DNA of 64,000 bases. Source: Patescibacteria group bacterium. Its GTDB lineage: Bacteria; Patescibacteriota; Patescibacteriia; PEXW01. The stretch spans positions 415,504-479,503 of the forward strand of contig JBAZBR010000001.1 in NCBI GenBank assembly GCA_041671325.1, in the 5' to 3' direction. Positions 9,342-19,250 of the stretch are shown here, piece after piece. Position 1 is the stretch's first letter; the number at the start of each line of letters is the position of its first letter. The notes beneath the pieces were generated by a model. The model was not told the origin of the DNA, ran no database searches, and saw only the letters and a program-made list of their open reading frames with translations. Both the position numbers and the translations under genes were made by a program.

Positions 9342-11133
9342 AACTAGCCAAAACTCAATGCCATTAGAGAACCTGCCTGAACAATCAAAAAAAAATCCTA
9401 AGATTTACGACATTTTTACTTTTTTTAACGAATTAGACTTATTGGAAATTAGGCTGAATATTTTGGATAAAGTTGTGGATTATTTTGTCATTATTGAATG
9501 CGTGGAAACTTTTTCTGGTTTGCCAAAAATGCTTTATTACCAAGAAAACGCTAAGCGATTCGAAAAATTTAAACATAAAATCATTCACTACGTTGTCGAT
9601 GGTGTCCCTAAGGACTTTAATGATGCCCAGATAATGCTCCAAAACAGCGCTTCTGGTTCATTAGAGCGAGATGCGTTACAAAATGCCCTGACTTCGGATA
9701 ATGTTCCAAAGGGAGTGATCCACTGGCTAAAAGAATTCTATCAAAAAGAAATGATCAAAAATGCATTGCTAAATTTACGGGATGACGATATGTGTTTTGT
9801 CTCCGACGTGGACGAAATCTGGAATCCACGGGTTAAAATTGATTTTACCAAACCTGATGTGTATAAACTCAGACAATTGGTTTATTCGTACTATCTGAAT
9901 AACCGTTCTAATGAACCTTGGGCGGGTACATTAGTAACGAAGTACAAAAATATCAAAAACAACTGTTTAAATCATCTACGGACTTCAAGAAAAACTAAAT
10001 ACACTTATGTAGAAAATGGCGGATGGCATTTTACAAATCAAGGGGGAGCTGAACAAATCAAAATGAAAATCGAATCTTCATATGGACAAGAAGATTATAA
10101 TAACAACAGTATTAAATCAAAAATAACTGAAAGAATTCTTAAAAATAAAGACTACATCGGCAGAAAATTTAAGTTTTGGATCGATGAAAGCGATCTGCCT
10201 AAGTATATACTTGATAATAAAGAAAAATACCGACATTTATTCAACAATCAAACTGATTTAAAGTCAGCTACTGTTTTACCATTGATTATTAAACTGCATG
10301 GAGGCTTAGGCAATCAACTTTTTGAATATGCTTTAGGTCGGAGCCTGGCTTTAACAAAAAATGTTAAAGTAAAATATGACATTTCTTGGTTTGCCGAACA
10401 GACTAAAAGAAAATATGAGTTGGACAACTTCAATGTCAAAGCTGATTTTGCCACAAACAGAGAAGTAAACAAATTAAAAAAATTCCAAAAAAGGACAGGC
10501 TATTGGGGTTTTATTTACAATTTTTTCTTTGCCAATGATGCTGTTTATATTAAGGAAAAACAGTTAAGCTTTGACCCAAAAATTCTGGAAATTACTCCCC
10601 CAGCCTATTTAGAAGGCTACTGGCAAAGTGAAAAATACTTCGCTGGGATTGCCGACCAAATTCGAAAGAATTTTACTTTAAAGAATCTCCCATCCAGACA
10701 TTTGGAAAGCCAAAAAAATGATATTGCTAACTCTAATGCAGTTTCATTGCACATCCGCAGGACAGATTACTTAACCGGCAGTAATGGCTTTTATCACATC
10801 TGCTCCTTGGGATATTATCAAGATGCAATAAAATTAATTGAAAAATCCCAAAAGAACCTAAAATTATTTGTTTTTTCCGACGACATAAATTGGGTAAAAG
10901 AAAATTTAAAGACTAACCAACCTATGGTCTTTTTACAAGGTAATACTAGTTATGAAGACTTAATATTAATGAGTTTATGCAAGCATAATATTATTGCTAA
11001 TAGCACTTTCAGCCTCTGGGGTGCCTGGCTGAATGCCAATCCCAATAAAATTGTAGTTGCACCCAAAAAATGGTTTACCGACCCAAAAATTAGCACTCAA
11101 GATTTGGTGCCAAGTTCTTGGTTTAGAATTTAA
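9310..11133 (+). CDS. Fusion glycosyltransferase: N-terminal GT17-like domain plus a complete C-terminal GT11 (alpha-1,2-fucosyltransferase-like) domain
   Basis: The N-terminus has the Glyco_transf_17 pattern (IYDIFTFFNELDLLEIRLNILDKVVDYFVIIE). The C-terminal half carries all four GT11 motifs (HGGLGNQLFEYA, HIRRTDY, FSDD, NSTFSLWGAWL). Confidence 0.7.
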   Translation: MKKLLPKFTNKTSQNSMPLENLPEQSKKNPKIYDIFTFFNELDLLEIRLNILDKVVDYFVIIECVETFSGLPKMLYYQENAKRFEKFKHKIIHYVVDGVPKDFNDAQIMLQNSASGSLERDALQNALTSDNVPKGVIHWLKEFYQKEMIKNALLNLRDDDMCFVSDVDEIWNPRVKIDFTKPDVYKLRQLVYSYYLNNRSNEPWAGTLVTKYKNIKNNCLNHLRTSRKTKYTYVENGGWHFTNQGGAEQIKMKIESSYGQEDYNNNSIKSKITERILKNKDYIGRKFKFWIDESDLPKYILDNKEKYRHLFNNQTDLKSATVLPLIIKLHGGLGNQLFEYALGRSLALTKNVKVKYDISWFAEQTKRKYELDNFNVKADFATNREVNKLKKFQKRTGYWGFIYNFFFANDAVYIKEKQLSFDPKILEITPPAYLEGYWQSEKYFAGIADQIRKNFTLKNLPSRHLESQKNDIANSNAVSLHIRRTDYLTGSNGFYHICSLGYYQDAIKLIEKSQKNLKLFVFSDDINWVKENLKTNQPMVFLQGNTSYEDLILMSLCKHNIIANSTFSLWGAWLNANPNKIVVAPKKWFTDPKISTQDLVPSSWFRI

Positions 11134-11141
11134 ACTTAAGT

Positions 11142-12125
11142 ATGAACAATTTACAAAAGAAAAAAATACTCGTATTTGGCGGATTAGGTTTAATTGGTAG
11201 CTCAACAGCAAGAAAATGCATTGCGGAAGGTGCGTTAGTAACTATAGCTGATAACCGGGCGCCAATGTATGGGGCAAATGATTTTAATATGCAGGACCTG
11301 GAAGGAAAATTTCAGTTGGTTATTGGCGACATCCGAAATGGTGATTTCGTGAACGAAATAGTCAAAGGCCAGGATTATATTTTTAATTTTGCCGCTCAGG
11401 TTAACCACAATTTAAGCATTGAAGACCCGATTTTGGACAATCAAATTAATTGCATCGGCCATATTAATGTCTTAATGGCCTGTAAAAAAAATAACCCCGA
11501 AGCCAAGCTTGCCTATCCTGGCTCAAGATTACAGTACGGCAAAATAAAAAAATTGCCGGTAAATGAATCACACCCTCTCCAACCTTTAAGCGTTTATGCA
11601 ATTCACAAAAACACGGCCGAACAGTATTATCAAGCTTTTTATAAGCATTATGGCATTCGATCAGTCTGTTTTAGAATTACTAATCCCTATGGTCCTCGAG
11701 CTCAAATGAAATCTTCCGGTTATAGCATTATTAATTGGTTTATCCGTCAAGCTTTGGATGATAAAAATATAACTATTTTTGGTGAAGGCACACAAATCCG
11801 AGATTATATTTATATTAATGATTTGATTGCAGGAATTATTACTGCGGTTACTAATCCAAAAACAGACGGCCAAATATATAACCTTGGCTCCGGACTCGCC
11901 ACGCCATTTAAAAAAATGGCCGAATTGGTTATTGAAATCGCGGGCGGAGGTAAACTTAAAAAAGTACCTTGGCCGAAAAATTACGACAATTTTGAAACTG
12001 GTGATTTTTACGCGGACATAACCTCAATTAAATCCGCAATCGATTGGATGCCCTCAACATCCTTAAGGGATGGGGTAAAAAAAACCGTGGAATATTACAA
12101 GCAAAACCGAAAATATTACTGGTAG
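11142..12125 (+). CDS. NAD-dependent epimerase/dehydratase (extended SDR), sugar-nucleotide epimerase-like
   Basis: GGLGLIGS Rossmann motif and YAIHK (YxxxK) catalytic motif. About 327 aa. Could be a CDP-paratose 2-epimerase-like enzyme, but this is unverified. Confidence 0.7.
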   Translation: MNNLQKKKILVFGGLGLIGSSTARKCIAEGALVTIADNRAPMYGANDFNMQDLEGKFQLVIGDIRNGDFVNEIVKGQDYIFNFAAQVNHNLSIEDPILDNQINCIGHINVLMACKKNNPEAKLAYPGSRLQYGKIKKLPVNESHPLQPLSVYAIHKNTAEQYYQAFYKHYGIRSVCFRITNPYGPRAQMKSSGYSIINWFIRQALDDKNITIFGEGTQIRDYIYINDLIAGIITAVTNPKTDGQIYNLGSGLATPFKKMAELVIEIAGGGKLKKVPWPKNYDNFETGDFYADITSIKSAIDWMPSTSLRDGVKKTVEYYKQNRKYYW

Positions 12126-12154
12126 GCAATCCAAGTTAATTAAAGAATTAGCAA

Positions 12155-13171
12155 ATGTTAAAAAAACCTTTAGTAACCGTTGTAATGCCAATTTATAATG
12201 GTGAAGTCCACCTTGAAACTGCCATTAAAAGCATCCTTAATCAGACTTATCCAGATTTTGAATTGCTTATTTTAGATGATGCCTCAACTGATTCCAGTTT
12301 GAAAATTATAAAGTCCTTCAACGACCCGCGGATACGTTTAATCCAAAATGAAGCAAATGCAGGACTTAATAAAACCCTGAATATCGGTTTGGCCGCTGCC
12401 CATAGCGTGTATATTGCCCGCATGGATCAAGATGATATCAGTCATCCTGAACGATTAAAGAAGCAAATTGCTTATCTGGAACAAAATCCAGAAATTGGCG
12501 TCTGCGGGACTGCAGTCGAATTTTTAGCTAAGACCGGTAAAAAAACCAATTTAATTTTCCCCACGGGTAATAACTTAATTAAATGGGCGTTTTGTTTTTA
12601 CAACCCAATTGCTCACCCTACAGTAATGATGCGAAAAAAAATTGTCGAGCAAGTAAATGGCTACTCTACCTTGGAGCATACGCATTACACTGAAGATTAT
12701 GACTTGTGGTACCGACTTCTGCCGATTACGAAATTCCATAATCTTGAAGAACCCTTACTCACCTTGAGGAAACATGAAAGCAACATGACTGTAAAAAACC
12801 TTGAAAAAAATCTTCAAAATGCTGGGACAGTGAACAAGAATTTTCTGGAATATTTTCTTAATCACAAAATCCAGTGGGATTTAATGAATAAGCTGAATAC
12901 AAAAAATGAAATTTATTTTAACCATGTAATATCTACCATTATTGAGCTAGTCAAAAATTTTAAAATTATCCAAAATTTATCCAGGGAAGAGCAAAAATTC
13001 ATAACTTTTGACGCGGCCAGGCGTTTAGTTAACTTGTTTCTGATTAATTTGAAAAATAAAAGCAGTTGGAAATTCTTAAAGACCGCTCTGAACATAGACC
13101 CTTTATTGCCGATCCATTACTTGCTTAATTTTTTTAAATCCGCTAATTCTAATGCCTATAGAAAAGAATAA
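12155..13171 (+). CDS. GT2-family glycosyltransferase
   Basis: VVMPIYNGE...L.SIL.QTY.DFELLILDDASTD and the DQDD motif. Confidence 0.8.
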   Translation: MLKKPLVTVVMPIYNGEVHLETAIKSILNQTYPDFELLILDDASTDSSLKIIKSFNDPRIRLIQNEANAGLNKTLNIGLAAAHSVYIARMDQDDISHPERLKKQIAYLEQNPEIGVCGTAVEFLAKTGKKTNLIFPTGNNLIKWAFCFYNPIAHPTVMMRKKIVEQVNGYSTLEHTHYTEDYDLWYRLLPITKFHNLEEPLLTLRKHESNMTVKNLEKNLQNAGTVNKNFLEYFLNHKIQWDLMNKLNTKNEIYFNHVISTIIELVKNFKIIQNLSREEQKFITFDAARRLVNLFLINLKNKSSWKFLKTALNIDPLLPIHYLLNFFKSANSNAYRKE

Positions 13172-14372
13172 AAAAAAATTACTAATCGTTGCCATGTCTG
13201 ATAGTATTCACACGGCACGCTGGCTTTCGCAAATCACTGACCAAGGCTGGGATATCCACCTTTTCCCCAGCATGGATCTTGGGGTAGTTCATCCTGAATT
13301 GAATAATATCAATGTCCATCATTCCGTTTATGGTACTCAAGCCAATTTACCAGCAAAAATTAAGTTGGCAGGCATCCCTATATTTTCAAGTTTCTTAGCC
13401 ACTGGCATAAGGTTTATTTTACGAAAATTCTTCCCTTCATACCGCGCAAAACAATTGGCTAGGCTAATCCGTAATCTGAACCCGGACTTAATCCATTCAA
13501 TGGAAACTCAACACGCCGGTTATCTTATGCTAGAAGCTTTAAATGAACTGGACATGAAACTACCGGCTTGGATACACTCTATTTGGGGCAGTGACCTTTA
13601 TTTATTTGCAAAACTTAAAGGACATCAAGCAAAAATACGTGAAGTACTGACCTGCTGCAAATATTTGTGGTGCGAAGGGCAGAGGGATATTAAACTCGCT
13701 CGTGATCTGGGTTTTAAAGGTACTTCCCTACCAGCCTTGCAAGCAACAGGTGGTTTAGACATTAATAAATGTTTAAAATTAAGGAGCCAGGAACTTCCAT
13801 CAAAAAGAAAAATAGTTATTCTTAAAGGTAACCAGGGTTGGGCAGGTAGGGCTTTAATTGGACTTCAAGCATTGGCAAAATGCACTGATTTTCTAAAAAA
13901 TTATAAATTGGTTATCTATTCAGTAAGTCCAAATTCAGAAGTCGAAAAAGCCGCTAAGGTTTTTTTTAGCCAAACAGGAATCCCGATCACAATAATTTTA
14001 AAGGGCATGAAATATGAGGAGTTACTAAAAATATATGGCCGAGCGCGGCTTTCTCTTGCATTAAGCATTAGCGATGGTGTACCGAATTCTTTACTTGAAT
14101 CAATGGTAATGGGCGCCTTTCCTATCCAGTCCAATACTTCTATGGCAGAAGAATGGATTATAGATAGAGAAACCGGATTTTTAACCCCACCAGAAGACTT
14201 ACAAATCATTCAAAAAGCCATAAGCACTGCCATGACAAACGATGTCTTGATTGATTCAGCAGCAGAAAAAAATTTAATGACTATAAAATCAAAATTGGAT
14301 TATAATATCGTGAAAAAGCAAGTGATTAAAATTTATTTAAATATCCTGGATTCTGCTAACCTACATGTTTAA
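13152..14372 (+). CDS. GT4-like (group 1) glycosyltransferase
   Basis: C-terminal SDGVPNSLLESMVMG motif (EX7E-like) typical of GT-B retaining transferases. Confidence 0.6.
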   Translation: MPIEKNKKKLLIVAMSDSIHTARWLSQITDQGWDIHLFPSMDLGVVHPELNNINVHHSVYGTQANLPAKIKLAGIPIFSSFLATGIRFILRKFFPSYRAKQLARLIRNLNPDLIHSMETQHAGYLMLEALNELDMKLPAWIHSIWGSDLYLFAKLKGHQAKIREVLTCCKYLWCEGQRDIKLARDLGFKGTSLPALQATGGLDINKCLKLRSQELPSKRKIVILKGNQGWAGRALIGLQALAKCTDFLKNYKLVIYSVSPNSEVEKAAKVFFSQTGIPITIILKGMKYEELLKIYGRARLSLALSISDGVPNSLLESMVMGAFPIQSNTSMAEEWIIDRETGFLTPPEDLQIIQKAISTAMTNDVLIDSAAEKNLMTIKSKLDYNIVKKQVIKIYLNILDSANLHV

Positions 14373-15642
14373 TCCAAGCAAAAAAATTCTAATCGTTTCG
14401 AGCTGGGCTCCGCCAGATATTGGCGGTCCCCAAAGCCTTTACGCTTTTTTTTCCCAATTTCCGCCAGAAAGTTTTGTTATTCTCACCAGTTTTTATTCAG
14501 AACAACAACGCAAAACCGGTAATTGGTTACCTTGTGACTATTATTATTATGATCATCCTCCGGTTTTTTTTAAGGAACAAAAACTTTATCATAAAATCCA
14601 CTTAACTACTTTTTTAAAACAGAAAAAAAATAAAAGTCCAAAAAGACCAAGCAGAATAAAAACAATAGTTAAAAAACTTCCCCTGATAATGGCCATGATT
14701 CTTGGTTATATATTAGTAAAAAAAATAATTAGTTTTTATTCAGCTGGTAAAAAATTAGCATTTGACGAGAATATCCAAGTAATTTTAGGCACTTCGGATT
14801 CAGGGCCTAGCTTAATCGCCGCTTATTTATTAAGCAAGAAATCCGGAAAACCGTTATGTTATTTCCTTTTTGACATTTATAAAGGCAACTTTCTTGAAGC
14901 TCCTAGCAATTGGGTTGCAAACCTCATGGAAAAAAGAATGTTCAAAAAGGCCAGTAAAATATTTATAACAAACGAAGGTACCGCTGAATACTACCGAAAG
15001 CGTTACCCATTTTTACATGATCGATTGTTGATCATCCATAATTCAGTTTTTCCAGAAGAATACGAAAATCAGCGTACATCTTACCAACCAAAACCTCCTT
15101 TCACCATCCTCTTTACCGGTCATGTATATTGGGCCCAGGAACAAAGCGTTTTGAATATGATCAAGGCTATGGACTACTTGACGGATATTCCAGTCAAACT
15201 GGAATTATTCATACCAAATGCCATTGAGAGTATTAAACTGGCAATTAATAAGAAGCCTAATATTACACTGTCATCCGCACCGCCTTCAGAAATGCCAAAA
15301 ATCCAAAGCCGGGCGACATTATTGTTTTTACCTCTGGCGTGGAATACAAAAAGTCCTGACATTGTTGCTACGGCAACTCCTGGCAAATTTACCGGATACC
15401 TTGCTTCTGGACGTCCCATGCTAATCCATGCTCCAGATTATGCCTACGTCAGCCAATATGCGCGAAAAAATAATCTTGGTTTGGTGGTTGATCAAAACAA
15501 TATTCAATTGCTTGCCGATAGTATCCGCGAATTTCTTAAGCACCCCGAACAAGGCCAGATTTTTATCAAGAATTCACTTGAAATCTTCTATCAAAATCAT
15601 GATGCCCGGCAAAACTTCAAAAAATTGACAGAATCGCTGTAA
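14365..15642 (+). CDS. GT4-like (group 1) glycosyltransferase
   Basis: GT-B architecture. The C-terminal region (GKFTGYLASGRPMLIH...) resembles the GT4 sugar-donor-binding half. Confidence 0.55.
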   Translation: MFNPSKKILIVSSWAPPDIGGPQSLYAFFSQFPPESFVILTSFYSEQQRKTGNWLPCDYYYYDHPPVFFKEQKLYHKIHLTTFLKQKKNKSPKRPSRIKTIVKKLPLIMAMILGYILVKKIISFYSAGKKLAFDENIQVILGTSDSGPSLIAAYLLSKKSGKPLCYFLFDIYKGNFLEAPSNWVANLMEKRMFKKASKIFITNEGTAEYYRKRYPFLHDRLLIIHNSVFPEEYENQRTSYQPKPPFTILFTGHVYWAQEQSVLNMIKAMDYLTDIPVKLELFIPNAIESIKLAINKKPNITLSSAPPSEMPKIQSRATLLFLPLAWNTKSPDIVATATPGKFTGYLASGRPMLIHAPDYAYVSQYARKNNLGLVVDQNNIQLLADSIREFLKHPEQGQIFIKNSLEIFYQNHDARQNFKKLTESL

Positions 15643-15656
15643 ATGCTATGATTTTT

Positions 15657-15692
15657 AAGGTTTTCAAGGTGATAAAACCTTATTTTAAAAAA
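15657..15692 (+). terminator. Rho-independent terminator-like hairpin after the GT4 gene
   Basis: aaggtttt-caaggtgat-aaaacctt (8-bp stem) followed by an A/T run (attttaaaaaa). Confidence 0.5.
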
Positions 15693-15740
15693 TTCAAGGT
15701 TTGGTTAATTTCACTTAAATATTTTTAACTAAGCTCACTT

Positions 15741-16778
15741 ATGGACGAATTCCAAAAATCTATTGAAGACAAAACTATTTTAGTAACCGGCGGCACGGGT
15801 TCTTTCGGCAATGCGGTAGTAAAAAAACTGCTTGCAAAAAATGTTAAAAAAGTAATCGTCTTCAGTCGAGATGAAAAAAAACAATTTGACATGGGCAATA
15901 AATTCAATTCGGACAAGCTAAGGTTTTATTTAGGCGATATCAGGGATAAAGATTCAATTTCCCATGCCATGTATGGCGTAAATTATGTTTTCCATGCTGC
16001 CGCTTTAAAACAAGTTCCCAATTGCGAATTTTTTCCGTTAGAAGCTATTAGGACAAATTCTTTGGCTGCCCATAATGTCATTGACGCCGCAATTGATAAT
16101 CACGTTGAACGAGTGGTGGTTTTAAGCACTGATAAGGCGGTTTACCCGATTAATGTTATGGGCATGACTAAAGCTTTGATGGAAAAAGTCATGACTGCTG
16201 CTGCGCGTGAAAACAGGAATAAAACCATATTATGCGGAACGCGTTATGGGAATGTTATGTTTACTAGGGGCTCGGTAATCCCCTATTTTATCGATTTAAT
16301 GAAAGCCAACAAACCTTTGCGAATGACCAACGGTAAGATGACTAGATTCATGATGTCTTTGGACCAGTCAATTGATTTAGTGCTTTTTGCCTTAACTAAT
16401 GGCAGTGGCGGTGATATTTACGTCAGAAAAGCCCCGGCTGGCACAGTTGAAAATTTGGCTAAGGCCATGATTGAAATTTTTAAATATGACAAAGGCCTGG
16501 AAGAAATTGGCATTCGCCCAGGCGAAAAAATGCATGAGACTTTAATTTCCTCGGAAGAAACATTTCGGACCGAAGATAAGGGCGACTATTTTAGAATCGC
16601 CCCTGAAGTTCCTAATATGGATTATAAATCTTACTTTTTTAAAGGTCAGGGTAATGAAGCAGTGACAAGCTCTGGCTACACTTCAGCAAACACGAAACAA
16701 TTAACTGTGCCTGAGATAAAAGATCTGCTTTTAAGCTTAGGGGAAGTCAGGCAGGAAATAGCAAATTTTAAGAACTAG
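15741..16778 (+). CDS. fnlA: UDP-N-acetylglucosamine 4,6-dehydratase/5-epimerase (FnlA/CapE/WbjB-like polysaccharide biosynthesis protein)
   Basis: KTILVTGGTGSFGNAVVKKLL; about 345 aa with the CapD-like layout; upstream of a UDP-GlcNAc 2-epimerase. Confidence 0.8.
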   Translation: MDEFQKSIEDKTILVTGGTGSFGNAVVKKLLAKNVKKVIVFSRDEKKQFDMGNKFNSDKLRFYLGDIRDKDSISHAMYGVNYVFHAAALKQVPNCEFFPLEAIRTNSLAAHNVIDAAIDNHVERVVVLSTDKAVYPINVMGMTKALMEKVMTAAARENRNKTILCGTRYGNVMFTRGSVIPYFIDLMKANKPLRMTNGKMTRFMMSLDQSIDLVLFALTNGSGGDIYVRKAPAGTVENLAKAMIEIFKYDKGLEEIGIRPGEKMHETLISSEETFRTEDKGDYFRIAPEVPNMDYKSYFFKGQGNEAVTSSGYTSANTKQLTVPEIKDLLLSLGEVRQEIANFKN

Positions 16779-16786
16779 CCTATTTT

Positions 16787-17155
16787 ATGATTGAAGATTT
16801 GTTGATTAAAGAAGACCCCCGGGGAAAATTAATTGAAATTTTCAAAGTTCCCAACTTCGGACAAATCCATTATTCCACTTCCAAACCAGGGGTAATACGA
16901 GGCAACCACTACCATACCAGGAAGATTGAAAAATTTTGCGTTATTGAGGGTCAAGGCAAAATATGCTTAAGAAACCGGAAAACCGATGAACGAAAGGAAT
17001 TTTTGGTATCAGGTCAAAAACCACAGGTCGTTGAAATGTCGGTCAATTGGACGCATAACATCCAAAATGTCGGTGAAACAGAAATGAAATTATTAGTCTG
17101 GAACAGTGAAATTTTTAATCCCCAAGACCCTGACACTTTTCCGGAAGAAGTTTAG
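16787..17155 (+). CDS. Stand-alone cupin (RmlC-like jelly roll; CapF C-terminal-domain-like)
   Basis: 122-aa cupin pattern (G..RGNHYH......F.V.EG.G). Lies between the FnlA-like and WecB-like genes. Confidence 0.5.
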   Translation: MIEDLLIKEDPRGKLIEIFKVPNFGQIHYSTSKPGVIRGNHYHTRKIEKFCVIEGQGKICLRNRKTDERKEFLVSGQKPQVVEMSVNWTHNIQNVGETEMKLLVWNSEIFNPQDPDTFPEEV

Positions 17156-17175
17156 CAACTTAACCAATATATCCT

Positions 17176-18318
17176 ATGGACTTGAAAAAAAGTAACTTAA
17201 AAGTAATGACAATTTTCGGCACCCGGCCGGAAATTATCAGAATGTCGAGAGTTTTTGCCAAGCTTGATCAATTCGTCAACCACATTATGGTCCACACCGG
17301 CCAAAGCTTTGATTATGAAATGGATAAAGTTTTTTTTGAGGAATTGGGAATCCGCAAACCAGATTATTTTTTAGAAATAAAATCTGAAACCTTAGGCGGC
17401 CAGATTGCGAATGTTATCCTAAAAAGCGAAGAGGTTTTTAAGAAAGAAATGCCGGATGCTTTGGTTCTGCTTGGTGATACCAACAGCGCTCTTTCAACCA
17501 TCATCGCCAAACGGATGAAAATCCCGATTTTCCATTTGGAAGCTGGCAATAGAAGTTTTGACGAGAATGTCCCTGAGGAAATTAATCGCCGTATTGTTGA
17601 CCATATTAGCGATCTCAACTTCCCTTATAGCGAAAATGCTCGGCTTAATCTTTTACGCGAAGGCATCCACCCTGGAAAAATGTTCACCACAGGTTCCCCA
17701 CTGCCCGAAGTTCTCGAATACCATAAGCAATCAATCACCAAATCAACAATTTTAGATGACCTTAAATTAGAACCAAAAGCCTATTTCTTGGTGAGTATCC
17801 ATCGGGAAGAAAATGTTGACTCTGAAAAACAACTTTCGATCCTAATTGAAATATTGAATACAGTTGCGGAAAAATACAATTTTCCGCTTATTGTAACTAC
17901 CCACCCCCGAACCAAAAAACGATTAGATGAGCATAAATTTACGCCACATAAACTCATTAATTTCCATAAACCCTTTGGTTTTTTTGAATATGTTCACTTA
18001 CAAATGAATGCTTTTTGCGTGCTTTCAGACAGCGGAACAATCCAAGAAGAATGCTCAAATTTAGGTTTCCCAGCAATACAAGTCCGAAACAGTTCTGAAA
18101 GACCAGAAGCCTTTGATGAGGGCGTAACAATTCTCACTGGTTTGGATAAAGACATCGTTTTGAAATCCATTGAAATTATAACCCAGCAAAAAATCGAGGG
18201 TCTAAAGTTCAATATCCCCCAAGCCTACAAAGATACCAACTTTTCAAGCAAGGTCTTAAGGCACATTGTTGGTTTGGCAAAAATCACCAAAAAAAGACGC
18301 GGCGACCCAATGGTATAA
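17176..18318 (+). CDS. wecB: UDP-N-acetylglucosamine 2-epimerase (non-hydrolysing)
   Basis: IFGTRPEIIRM....L......VHTGQ..DY.M; ...GDTNS.L..........IP..H.EAG.RS. Confidence 0.85.
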   Translation: MDLKKSNLKVMTIFGTRPEIIRMSRVFAKLDQFVNHIMVHTGQSFDYEMDKVFFEELGIRKPDYFLEIKSETLGGQIANVILKSEEVFKKEMPDALVLLGDTNSALSTIIAKRMKIPIFHLEAGNRSFDENVPEEINRRIVDHISDLNFPYSENARLNLLREGIHPGKMFTTGSPLPEVLEYHKQSITKSTILDDLKLEPKAYFLVSIHREENVDSEKQLSILIEILNTVAEKYNFPLIVTTHPRTKKRLDEHKFTPHKLINFHKPFGFFEYVHLQMNAFCVLSDSGTIQEECSNLGFPAIQVRNSSERPEAFDEGVTILTGLDKDIVLKSIEIITQQKIEGLKFNIPQAYKDTNFSSKVLRHIVGLAKITKKRRGDPMV

Positions 18319-18349
18319 TTTTCGATAAATTTACTAAATAAGAATTTTC

Positions 18350-19237
18350 ATGAAGACAGTTGCGATTACTGGGCCGACAGAAATGCTCGGCAGCATGGTC
18401 TATAATGTTCTAAAAAATAAATACAATCTAATTCTCATTTGCGATGAAAATGATGATTTTGAATTGCTTGAAAAGACTTATAGTCATACCTCAAAACATA
18501 AGCAATTAAAAATAAAACTACATGCTTTGTACCAAGACTACCTGGCTGGCTTTTCGGATAAGCCTATTGGCGTAAATTTTAAAAAAATGGTTTCTGAAAT
18601 TGGCCAAATTGATGCAATCATTAATTGTTTAACCATCACCAAGCCCAATTTAACAACCGACCCAGTAATGGCATTTTTTATCAATGGTTGTTTGCCCCAT
18701 GTTTTAAGCCGCTTTTACAAAGAAAAACTGATTCATATTACAACTGACTGTGTCTTTGATGGTTTAAATGGCGCCCCTTATACTGAAGACTCCATATTTA
18801 ATCCAACAGATTTTTATGGACTTACCAGGAGCTTGGGCGAACCGAATAAACAATCATTGGTATTGCGTACTTCTACAATTGGCCCAGAAATCCAAGGATT
18901 TAACCTGTTTTTGGAATGGTTTAAGAAGCAGGAAGGAAACACTATTAAAGGTTTTACCAACCATTTATGGAATGGCATTACTACCAAGCAATTCGGGGAA
19001 ATCTGCGATAAAATAATTTTTGACCGCCAAAATTACCCCGCCAATGGCCTGTACCATATTTTTTCAAACGAAGTTACAAAATTTGAGATGCTTACAAAAT
19101 TCAAAGAAAAATTTAATATTAAAGTAAATATTGAAGCAGAAAAATCAACACCTATTGATAGGCGTTTGGCTACCAAAAAAGATTTATGTGCGAAACTGCA
19201 AATCCCCTCTTTTGAAAATATGCTTTTAGATTTATAA
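18350..19237 (+). CDS. RmlD-like sugar-nucleotide reductase (SDR; dTDP-4-dehydrorhamnose-reductase family)
   Basis: N-terminal VAITGPTEMLGSMV Rossmann-like motif. About 295 aa. Candidate 4-reductase (FnlB/CapF N-terminal-domain equivalent). Confidence 0.5.
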   Translation: MKTVAITGPTEMLGSMVYNVLKNKYNLILICDENDDFELLEKTYSHTSKHKQLKIKLHALYQDYLAGFSDKPIGVNFKKMVSEIGQIDAIINCLTITKPNLTTDPVMAFFINGCLPHVLSRFYKEKLIHITTDCVFDGLNGAPYTEDSIFNPTDFYGLTRSLGEPNKQSLVLRTSTIGPEIQGFNLFLEWFKKQEGNTIKGFTNHLWNGITTKQFGEICDKIIFDRQNYPANGLYHIFSNEVTKFEMLTKFKEKFNIKVNIEAEKSTPIDRRLATKKDLCAKLQIPSFENMLLDL

Positions 19238-19250
19238 TAACAAAAACTTA

